DNA of 63,984 nt, filler included, from Craspedostauros australis (lineage: Eukaryota), in assembly GCA_030167865.1 (NCBI GenBank). It is 12 parts of 12 records of this genome, joined end to end, with 100 filler letters (N's around TTAATTAATTAA, not from the genome) between each part and the next. Parts side by side here need not be neighbours in the genome. Positions count along the whole stretch, not along the records: positions 17,975 to 28,950 come from JALAGF010005831.1; positions 29,051 to 31,649 come from JALAGF010005834.1; positions 31,750 to 43,276 come from JALAGF010005835.1; 9 more parts are not named here. One strand, given 5' to 3'. Position 1 is the first letter of the stretch, and each line of letters opens with the position of its first letter. Below, piece by piece: positions 24,585-34,627 of this stretch. The notes beneath the pieces were generated by a model. The model saw only the letters and a list, made by a program, of their open reading frames with translations. It made no database searches and was not told where the DNA came from. Made by a program: the position numbers and the translations under genes.

Positions 24585-27500
24585 CTACATGCTGACTCTC
24601 TTGCGGCCGTTCAACCGGAAGGCTGTTGCTCGCGCTCTTGTGACTACTCCCTCGCTCTTGCATGGCTTCGCAGTTGCCTTTGCTGTGGTCTTCTTGCTGC
24701 TGTCCTTCGCGGTTGCCTTTGCTGCAGTCTTCTTGTTGCTGCACTTTGCGGTTGCCTTTGCTGCTGCCTTCTTGCTGCTGTCCTTTGCAGTTGCCTTTGC
24801 TGTGGTGTTGTTGCTGCTGGTCTTCGCCTTCTTCAAGGGCCTCGATGTTGTCTTCGTTCCGTCCTTGCCCTTCCTCTTGCTGGTGGCCTTTGCAGGTTGC
24901 CTACTATCTATATCCTGTTGCTCGACTTTCTTTTTTATCATGGCAGCCAATTCCTCTCTCTCAGCGTCACAGAGTTCCCCATGGTGTTGCTCGATGCAAC
25001 TCAATTCCGCCACGCTCATCTTCTGAAGGATCTGCTCGCGAGTGGCCTCCACATTCGGTTTCTCGTATTTCAGTTTGTTGCTGTCGCTCTTTGTTTCATC
25101 CCGCACTGGGCGTGCCAATTCCATGTTGGTGTACTCCACGCCGATGACTTGTCCATCTTCATCTTTCATTGGGACTTGCCTCTTGGTCACGTTCATCCTG
25201 AGCCCTCTGGATTCCGTCACGAACTTGTCGCTGCCTTTGCAGGCACAGATCGCGTAAGCAATTTGGTGATGACGAATGTAGGCAGTGGCAAGTGTCTTGA
25301 GTGACAAGTGCTCCCAGCACTTCAGGGAAGCTTGCCACAATTCTTCAGACGACATGATGTTGCTTCCGTGGTTTCTGGCTTGGTATGATGACACATTACG
25401 CGACAATACGGGGAAGACGCAGTTGTCATTGACGTTGGTGATTGGGGAGTTTGGAGGTTGAATGCGGAGATGCCAACCGAGGCCTTTGAACCGTTCGTTG
25501 ATGAACTCCAGCAGTTCCTGGTTTTGATGAGGCCCGCACCATCCATTTGGTAGCGAACAACGACTCGCATCTCTTTGTTGTCTCCGCGGACTCTGGAAAC
25601 AAGATCTTGGATGGCTGGGATCTCCGAGGTCTCGAAGTACTTTTTGAGACTGAACTTCTTCTTGCCGTTCACTTCTTCTTTGGTCCCCGTGATCTCCAGC
25701 GCTTGCCACCTGCGCTCACCTTTCTTCCTCAAGCGGTTCTCTGGGGTTGGTGGGCATTTGTAGTTGCCCCTGCTGTCGTAGACGCGGCCGAACGAATCCT
25801 TCATCGCGACCTTCCAATGACCAACTCGCTCGAAGTTCAAGAGGTGCGCCGTTCCGCCCTTCTCGAGGCAGTTGTCGTTGGGCACAAAGGCGGAAGAAGC
25901 AATGGCCATAGTCTTGACCAAGTGGTTGCGATGTTGACAATGGTGCACAACTGGTTTCACCTTCAATTTCTCAACGGACTTGATGTGCTTTCATCCGACA
26001 ATCGACCAGAACCACTTCTCATCCATGTGAACAACAATCACTTGCGTGTTTTTGAAGTGCTTTGCTGACTCCCAGAACATGCAGAACTCGTTGGCCCAAT
26101 CGATGCGCTTCTGCACTGTACCTTTGCTGAGGAAGGGGAGGATTTTGGTGGATGTGTACTTGCTGCCTTCGAGCCCCAGTACAAACTTTCGGATGGACAT
26201 GGGACTGACAATGTGCACTTTTCCACTTCCCGCGATCTCGCTTGCAATGTCCCGCCAGGATAGGGCTCCTCCGGACCTCTGCAACACCCGTTGAAGATCG
26301 CTCAGGAGGTGCGGACCACGGTCACGCCACTCCTTCGCAAGGTCCTCTGCAGCCTTCTTTTGGTCCGTTGTCGCATTGGTGAAGGCCATGTCGATGTATT
26401 CTTTGTTCAGTTTCTGCCCAGCGTTGTCTGCACGCAACATCCTCTCGAAGGCTTTCCGAGCTGTGAAGTGTTGAGCTTGTATGCGTGTGCTCGTGAACAC
26501 AGAAAGCCCAGCGTCATCGCGCTTCTTCCGTTCCGTATTGCCTTCGCGGAAATCTTTCAACACGCGCGAAACGCAGCTCCTGTCTACACCCCATGCATGC
26601 GCAATGCAACTGATGAGAAAGGGAGGTGAGCCAAGGATGAGACGAAGCTTGACGATGTTGTCTTTCTCTTCCTCATCCAGATGCTTCTTTCCTTTTGGTG
26701 CTGTTTGCCCGCTGCTGCCTACAACCGTCCGCAACCAACCCCTTTTGTTCATGTCGTTGTGATGCTTTTGCAAATCGGCCAGCACTTCGGCCTTGTCATC
26801 CAAACAACGTATTAGAAGGCGTCGGATTGGCGTTATTTCCGGTTTCTCTGCTTCTTTCTGGGTGGCGCTGGGAGCTGCAGTCGTGAGGTTGCGGAGCTCG
26901 GCGGCAGAGTGATGGTNNNNNNNNNNNNNNNNNNNNNNNNNNNNNNNNNNNNNNNNNNNNNNNNNNTATTGCCTTCGCGGAAATCTTTCAACACGCGCGA
27001 AACGCAGCTCCTGTCTACACCCCATGCATGCGCAATGCAACTGATGAGAAAGGGAGGTGAGCCAAGGATGAGACGAAGCTTGACGATGTTGTCTTTCTCT
27101 TCCTCATCCAGATGCTTCTTTCCTTTTGGTGCTGTTTGCCCGCTGCTGCCTNCAACCGTCCGCAACCAACCCCTTTTGTTCATGTCGTTGTGATGCTTTT
27201 GCAAATCGGCCAGCACTTCGGCCTTGTCATCCAAACAACGTATTAGAAGGCGTCGGATTGNCGTTATTTCCGGTTTCTCTGCTTCTTTCTGGGTGGCGCT
27301 GGGAGCTGCAGTCNTGAGGTTGCGGAGCTCGGCGGCAGAGTGATGGTCGGGAGACAGCAACGACGGTAATGGAAAGGCGTCACTGGGTTCCTGTTTGGTT
27401 GCCCTTGCCAGAGCCTCCATGTTGCACACCCTGCACATTGACTCTGGAACGACGTAGCAATGATCTCGCGAGAGAACAGGATTCACCTTCACGAAGGCCT

Positions 27501-27666
27501 CTTCATCTGCTGCAAGGGGTTCATCGCCTCTGTCCGCGTATTCATCATTCCTATTCTTTACTGTCTTGCTCAGGCCGACAATGAAGGCCATGCCCAGATT
27601 AAAGTACTTGCCGTTGGAGACATGGGGAGCCACCTCCACGTATTGGCCAATACCAATACGGATCAT
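24585..27666 (-). pseudogene. Mariner-like DD38D transposase, copy B, with a Lys/Ala-rich tail
   Basis: HTH ISCIAHAWGVDRSCVSRVL, then VHMDEKWF, YQMDGAG(PH) and QPPNSPITNVNDNCVFP. One TGA at 25991-25993 and a 1-nt frameshift at ~25532. Assembly duplication around the gap at 26917-26966. Confidence 0.85.
24668..24810 (-). repeat. 39-nt coding tandem repeat (AKATAKDSSKKxx)
   Basis: About 3.5 units of gcagttgcctttgctg...cttcttgctgctgtcctt. Confidence 0.8.
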
Positions 27667-29050
27667 GGTGGCGAATGAAAGATGGAATGATGGCTTGGGT
27701 TGGTGTGTGTGTGTGCACGATTTTGTTGATGATGACAGAGATGTGAACAACGAAGGAATATCGCAGGCACACAGTGCCTGTAGAAGCATGATGGTCATGT
27801 TCCCACAGCACATGGCCGCAGAAAAGCATCAACGATTGCAGCAACAAGAGAGCAGGTTGGAGAGGTTCCGATTGCCCTGCTGGTCGTCCAAACCTCATCA
27901 TTCGTGCGACCACAAGCAATGTTCTGTGAAGAACGATGGAACAAGAACCCGATGTCATTCTAACGCACTCGACACCACCGCGAAGAACAAAATCGAAGTC
28001 GTCAATGTGCATGTATTCGTCTGAAACATGGTCAACTTCCGCAAACCCCAACGATGTGAACAACAAAACACACACAACGACATGACAATGGCGTCTCACA
28101 ACAACACTCAGCAACAGCCGCTGAATGGGCCGCAACTATCACGCCTCCATGAAGACATCCAAGCACATCAGTGGATCCGCTGTGCTTCATATGGTTGATG
28201 GGTGAGGCTTCAAATGTATACCCTGCCAATGGAGGGAGATATAGCAAAAAGAAACAGGAAGGTCATTTGCACTCAACATGCCCTTTCAAGATACAGAGGC
28301 GGCATGATCGACACAGACCATTCCAGCCACTATTGATGCGCAAGATGCACGAAGTGGATCATATTGGAGGTACCCACAAAGTTTGGCGTCCATCCAGCAG
28401 CGGCAAGGTCGTCATCGACAAGCAGAAGTGGATAACAAGAGTTTTTGGAGGTGGTGACAGAGCCTGATGCCCTTCCTTTGGGCACCAGTGGCACGCCACA
28501 CATCCACCAAATGGACAACTCTCCCATGCAAGAAGCACTCAGAATCCCTTGGAGAGTCGATTGAGCAATGTGTGTGCGCTGGAAGCATTGCGACATGCGG
28601 TCGCTCTTGCCGCCAAAGACAGATGGTCAATTTTGGGACATTGAAAAACTCGAGGGTGACAAGTGCAGAACCAAGCTGCCTGTCATGGATATCCACTTGC
28701 GAGTGCTTTTGGATGCACCATTGTGTTGCCTGAAGCCTACTGGATCCGGAATGCTGTGTGGTGGTGGTGAACAAGGTCGGATGGATGAGATATCTTGGTT
28801 GCAGGAAGGCGGACTGGAGTTTGCGTCCATTTTTGGAAATCCTGAATTCCAGAAATCGCAACCTGGGGAGATGGATATGGACTTTCTGAGTCGAACACGT
28901 GCCCAGACGATGGATATGGGAGTATACAGAGGCGATGGGGTGCTCAGATANNNNNNNNNNNNNNNNNNNNNNNNNNNNNNNNNNNNNNNNNNNNTTAATT
29001 AATTAANNNNNNNNNNNNNNNNNNNNNNNNNNNNNNNNNNNNNNNNNNNN

Positions 29051-31649
29051 CATCCCCTTTCCATCCGCTGACAATCAAGGCGCAGAGGTACCATCGCTAC
29101 CTGCTCCAAAGCAGAAACCAATGATGCAAACGGATGCAGGTTTAATCAATGATGACCTCGCCCCTCCAATGTCAGCTTCAGAGGGAGTGAACCAACCGCT
29201 GTCTTCGACAGAGGGAGACTTCAGCTACCCTCCTGCAGCAAGTGAAGGCGAGGAACTCCAAGAGGGCCCCGCTTCACAAGAACCGCAATGGGAACCTTCT
29301 AACCAGCTTCCTGATCCGCTGAAGAAAGATCAGTCAGCTCAATCACCACTTCAACCCGTGTCCTCTATGCCAACATCAAATGTACCAGAGAGCACGACCT
29401 CATCACCAATTCCACCAACATCCACGATTACGCCCAAACGAGAACGGAGCACCAGGATTCGCAAAGAGCCACTCCGATTTACCTATGGACGTCTTGGAGG
29501 CAAGGCAGCGTGGCTTGAGGACGACGATTGTGAAGAGTACCACCTTTGTGTTGCGACGGCTGCTGAAGAAGAAATTGAATCAGACGACGCCACATCTGAC
29601 ATACATCCAGATTCGTATCCAATTCACGTATTCTCACGAGCTGTCATCGATTGCCTCAACACAATTGAATTTCTACAACGAAACGGCAGTGATCCTCTCT
29701 CTATCTACCTCCACGATTTCAAGGTCAACTCGCTATACTTGCTGCGCCAACTCCGCCAACGCTACCGAACTCTAAATCCACAAGCTCCAGTTCACGATTT
29801 GCCAAGAATGGAGCCTGAGGAGTTTCAAGCGAACATGGTCGATTGGTGGCAACCGGAACCAACAGACATGACGGAGGACGCCCCATTCAACGTAACAGAT
29901 CTATACGAAGACTTCTTCCTGGACATGGAGCTCCACATCATGGAGGANNNNNNNNNNNNNNNNNNNNNNNNNNNNNNNNNNNNNNNNNNNNNNNNNTACG
30001 CTGTGCGCAAGTTCCTCGGGATCATGAGCAAATACATGCTCACAGGAATCATGACCCCACGCTTCGATGCACTCGACTTCGCAGCAAGCTCTCTTCGTGA
30101 TCCAGCCGAATCCGACGATCTCGAAACACTGATGAACGAAGGGCACACTCCTCCAGAATGCGGACTTGGAGCAACAATGTTCAAGGCAAAGTTCCTCTCC
30201 ATCTGGAATGCAATCGGACAGAGCCATAACTACCGGCTGGCATTCGAATCCTTGCGACAACACACCAGCACCATTCGCCCAGGACCATGGCAGCAACCCA
30301 GCAAGTTCGAAGTTCAGCAATTCAACCTTGGAGTGCAAGAAGGAGGCACCGAGCCGGTCCATCACGTACCNAACACGCGCGAGACTGACTTTCAAGCCAT
30401 CCTCCAAAGCACCCTGACAGTTGACCCGAGCTACATTCTTGACACCAACAACTGCATCCCATAGAAGGATTGGGCCAACATCGAGCAGCACGCATACTCC
30501 GTGAACATCATTGAGCCACAGCCAGATGCCACCAACTTCCCAGCTTATGTTGACTGGCAACTCATGAGCTACTTCGCCACAGGCGCCGACCTCGACATCT
30601 CTGAGCGAACGGCAGCGTACAAGGCTTCGACCTCCGACCCAGACACACTCTCCTTCGACGAGNNNNNNNNNNNNNNNNNNNNNNNNNNNNNNNNNNNNNN
30701 NNNNNNNNNNNNATGGCAGCAACCCAGCAAGTTCGAAGTTCAGCAATTCAACCTTGGAGTGCAAGAAGGAGGCACCGAGCCGGTCCATCACGTACCTAAC
30801 ACGCGCGAGACTGACTTTCAAGCCATCCTCCAAAGCACCCTGACAGTTGACCCGAGCTACATTCTTGACACCAACAACTGCATCCCACAGAAGGATTGGG
30901 CCAACATCGAGCAGCACGCATACTCTGTGAACATCATCGAGCCACAACCAGATGCCACCAACTTCCCAGCTTATGTTGACTGGCAACTCATGAGCTACTT
31001 CGCCACAGGCGCCGACCTCGACATCTCTGAGCGAACGGCAGCGTACAAGGCTTCGACCTCCGACCCAGACACACTCTCCTTCGACGAGGCCATCCGCGAT
31101 GATAATAGAGACGCATGGATGCAAGCAGCGAACAAGGAAATCCAAGACCTCACCGAAAAAGGGACATGGGAGGAAGTCGACAAGAGCACCGTGCCCTATG
31201 GAGAGAAGATCTACCCAGGTACGTGGGTCTTCCGCCGCAAGCGCCTCCCCGACGGTACAATCAAGAAGTACAAGGGTCGATGGTGCTGCCGCGGCGATCT
31301 CATCCTCGAAGACGCTTCAACTTATGCGCCGGTCGTGGCATGGTCCTCCGTTCGCATCTTCCTGATCACATCCATCGTCCTGGGATGGGTCACGACATCA
31401 ATCGATTTCACCAACGCCTTCGTCCAAGCTGAAATTCACAAGCCGGTGTTCCTTCATCTACCACGGGGATTCAAGTCAAGCAAGGGATCGAACACCTGCC
31501 TTGTCCTCAGAAAGAGTCTGTACGGCCTCACCATCGCCCCTCGCTTATGGTATGAACACCTCATACGAGCTCTCCTTGCCGAAGGATTCACGGCCTGCGA
31601 TCAGGAGCAGTGCCTCTTCATCCGCGAAGGCATCATGATAGTCCTCTAC
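29051..31649 (+). mobile_element. Ty1/copia pol fragment: IN-RT linker and reverse transcriptase N-terminal half
   Basis: RERSTRIRK, DPDTLSFDEA, WVFRRKRLPDGTIKKYKGRWCCRGD, TYAPVV, IDFTNAFVQA, LRKSLYGL..APRLW, CLF, IVLY (cut just before VDD). Confidence 0.9.
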
Positions 31650-32172
31650 NNNNNNNNNNNNNNNNNNNNNNNNNNNNNNNNNNNNNNNNNNNNTTAATTA
31701 ATTAANNNNNNNNNNNNNNNNNNNNNNNNNNNNNNNNNNNNNNNNNNNNTTGACAGGACGATCGAGTAAAAGGGCAGGGTTCATGCTGTCGTGCTTGAGC
31801 CGTTTGTGTTGTACATCAACATGTCGTGGTGGTTCGGCACATTCACAGCTGTTCAGCAGCTCCATCCGCAGAGCAGTACTTGATCCACAGGCATGGATAT
31901 GCTTCAAGATGCCTGCAGGATTCGCAAGATGGTGAGCTGAACAGGTGGCGTGGTTACAGGAGCTGGAGGGTGAGCAGGGCATGGATTGTGGTTCAACTAC
32001 ACACCATGCGCGCGGTAGCCTTTCATTGCAGTATCGGGTTCGGATACCGGGTACCGTGTACGCAACATGGACGATTGAGTCCCGGATGGATCCCGGACCA
32101 AGTCTGTCCCAACTCTCCCTCTCGGCGTAGTGCGAAGCATGTCCCTGGAGTAAAAACCTCCATTGTTCGATC

Positions 32173-32338
32173 TGTTGGCATACCCGTGGGCCTGACGAAG
32201 GACAGACAGTCCGCAAGGCCCTCACACAGGAGGAGACACAGAGCCATCCGTCTCCTGTCCTCATAATTCCTCTCCGATCCTCATCCTACACACAGTATAA
32301 CATCATAGCATCACACTATCACCCTCACGATACTGACA
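32173..32338 (+). repeat. Probable LTR related to the adjacent copia LTR
   Basis: Starts TGTTGGCATAC like 32668, has a CA-rich 3' half, ends TGACA and is followed by GGTTCTG (PBS-like). Confidence 0.5.
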
Positions 32339-32667
32339 GGTTCTGGCCTTTTCACGCTTTGCGTGTTTTGTAACCGACCTCTGCGTATGCTTATGACCCA
32401 CTCGAGTGAACGAAGGTGCAGTCGTGCCTGATCGTGACTTAAACTTTAACAAAATAAGTACATATTCGGAATCTACGTAAAATTTTGTCGAGGGATATTT
32501 AATTTAAAAATCGGGAGAGTTGTGGATCAAAAGTTATAGACCTTGCAATAGTTTTGGTGTTCGGCCGTTGTAGACCTTCCTTAGACTTCGCCGGGTATGG
32601 CCAAAACTCGCTGATGATGTCACACCTGTTCCTATTTTGAATTATTTTGTCGCTTGCAATCTGGTTC

Positions 32668-32801
32668 TGTTGGCATACGGTCGCAGACAGACGGTGCAGC
32701 AGCACACACCCATGGTCACAGCCTCTGCCAGATCGGAGATAATCACAATAATCACATCATCACACACACAACACATCACGTATCGTCTCCCGATCATCAC
32801 A
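32668..32801 (+). repeat. 5' LTR (134 bp, TG...CA)
   Basis: tgttggcatacggtcgcagacag... is repeated at 38636. Ends tcaca immediately before the PBS. Confidence 0.9.
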
Positions 32802-32810
32802 GGTTATGAG
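32802..32810 (+). promoter_or_regulatory. Primer-binding site GGTTATGAG (complementary to the initiator tRNA-Met anticodon arm)
   Basis: Directly follows the LTR CA. It is the complement of CUCAUAACC. Confidence 0.65.
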
Positions 32811-32935
32811 GAAATAAGCTTTAAGGCTCATCCTGCTACTCTGTACCCTCTGCTGTTGTTGGAAATCCACATCCGCGCAGCTCCTTTCTTGCACTACTTC
32901 CTCGCTCTCTTTTCCGTATCCATTCTTCGCACGTC

Positions 32936-34606
32936 ATGCCCGCCAAAACCGACAACCTCGATTCTGAGGAACTCAAAGGCCTCGCGTCTCTCTTCGCGCG
33001 CCTCAACTGGCATTGGGCTGGACACTTCGTCACCGGCGCCAACCTTCAAGACACGCTGGACCTCTGGGACTTCCTCGAGCTCGACGATGAGCTGTTCGAC
33101 GCCTTCTTCGCGAACTGGCCCAAGAACTCGGTTACGCGCGAATTCGGCCTCCGCCAGCTCCGGCGTTACTACCAGGACCACCCCGACGTTGCGTCTTGGG
33201 TTGATGTTCTCAGTCGTGACGACCTGCGCACGTACAAGCGTGCTAGCAAGCCGGCCGCCGTACCTCCGCCGAAGGTGCCCCCAGCCGCGCCTAACGCTGC
33301 TGCTGCCGACGTCGTCGCCGATGCGCCGCTGCCTGGTCACTACGGCCCTTCTGACGCTGCTGCTGGCGCCACGACTGAGACACCTCCGGACCCCGTGCTT
33401 GGCACTGAGGAACATCCGCTCGATGTCCCCGACGCGGGCCGTGAGCCACTGCCAGGTGATTCTACGGACTACATCACGGGGTCTGGTCTTCCCTATGCTG
33501 CCGCCAATGGCAACCCGTCCACGCTCGCACACTTCTCCTACGAGGCTGTGCTCTCTCCTATCGAGCCTGACAGGGATGCTGCTGGGTACTGGCAGCGCTG
33601 GGTGGCCAAACTCGTGGTGGACCAGCCTGCCGATGTGCTCAAGTGGTACACACAGTTTCAGGGTGAGGCTGATCGCGTCAGCATTGCGCTCGTGCCTTTG
33701 TCGCACTTCAACGCCCGGTGCTCTCTCATCCCCAAGAATGCCACTCGCGCCATCGTCATGCGCTCTGGTGTGCAGCTCAATCGCAAACTTCAGGAGGACG
33801 GCATCCTTGACCTGTCCGATCCATCTGTCAAGATGTATCACACGGCGTGCTTTGGCGTGGTGCCCCATCGCCTGTCTGGGTACATGCTCTTACACCAGGT
33901 GCTCCATGATGCCTTCCAGCGCATCGAGCGCACTGTCAGCCAGGCTCCTGCCTACTCTGACTTCCGTGACGTCGTGCTCTACGCTGACGCTCTCCTTGCG
34001 TACCAGCAGACTGAGACCGTCGTGCACAAGCGCACCTTCACGGACGTTGAAATGACGCGTCGGTTCCTGGAAGACCTTCGCGCCAGTGGCCTGGACGTTG
34101 GACACTTGGTCACTTCGCTGGAGCTTCTGCCGCAAGGCAAGCGAGTGCCACCCCATCTCCATGTGTCCGCGCTGGCCAGGACCATCCACTCTGATCCCAC
34201 CGTGCCTACTCGCCCCACTGGGCACCGCGCCCAAACCCGTTCGTCCACTCGACAGGGTGCAGGTGGCGGTTTCCGTGGTGAGCGCAAGCGATCGGCGTTT
34301 TACCAACCTGACAAGGACGCTTTTTGCACGGCTTGCAGACGTGGAGGACACAAGGCTGAATCCTGTCTCAATTGGGCAAGACACCTTGCCTTTGCCGAGC
34401 TCCGTGAGTCTGAGCCAGCCCTGGCGTCCACGGTCCTTGCAAAATTCAAGGAGACCTACACCAAGGACAAGTCTCGGGCCCTCGCCAGAGCGCTTCGGCT
34501 GACTCACGCCGACCTTGGTGATGGCGACGACCTCGACGATGGCGCCGTTGTTGCGCACGTTGAGGACCTGCTGCTGCAGGATTTTGTGCTTGCTGGCCAG
34601 GACTAA
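32936..34606 (+). CDS. gag: Gag protein of copia element
   Basis: 556-aa ORF after the PBS with a CCHC zinc knuckle CTACRRGGHKAESC. Confidence 0.9.
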   Translation: MPAKTDNLDSEELKGLASLFARLNWHWAGHFVTGANLQDTLDLWDFLELDDELFDAFFANWPKNSVTREFGLRQLRRYYQDHPDVASWVDVLSRDDLRTYKRASKPAAVPPPKVPPAAPNAAAADVVADAPLPGHYGPSDAAAGATTETPPDPVLGTEEHPLDVPDAGREPLPGDSTDYITGSGLPYAAANGNPSTLAHFSYEAVLSPIEPDRDAAGYWQRWVAKLVVDQPADVLKWYTQFQGEADRVSIALVPLSHFNARCSLIPKNATRAIVMRSGVQLNRKLQEDGILDLSDPSVKMYHTACFGVVPHRLSGYMLLHQVLHDAFQRIERTVSQAPAYSDFRDVVLYADALLAYQQTETVVHKRTFTDVEMTRRFLEDLRASGLDVGHLVTSLELLPQGKRVPPHLHVSALARTIHSDPTVPTRPTGHRAQTRSSTRQGAGGGFRGERKRSAFYQPDKDAFCTACRRGGHKAESCLNWARHLAFAELRESEPALASTVLAKFKETYTKDKSRALARALRLTHADLGDGDDLDDGAVVAHVEDLLLQDFVLAGQD

Positions 34607-34627
34607 AACCGTGTCCTGGTGAGCAGC
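34579..34627 (+). promoter_or_regulatory. Putative programmed -1 ribosomal frameshift signal (G_GAU_UUU plus stem-loop)
   Basis: Heptamer at 34579-34585 in gag phase, 5-nt spacer, then stem TGCTGGCCAGGAC / GTCCTGGTGAGCA. The -1 frame is open from 34564 through the protease. Confidence 0.75.

Noticed and set aside
24576..25304. Cys/Leu-rich plus-strand ORFs suggesting membrane or metallothionein-like proteins (similar ones at 50676-51054)
   Set aside because: They are antisense translations of Lys/Ala repeats or translations of trinucleotide microsatellites.
28440..28950. GTSGTPHIH resembling CRESS-virus Rep motif II
   Set aside because: No motif I, motif III or helicase Walker motifs were found, and the frame contains a stop.
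32637..34558. Long overlapping and antisense ORFs (32637..34055 +, 32894..33868 -, 33890..34558 -)
   Set aside because: These are shadow frames of the GC-rich gag with no independent motifs.
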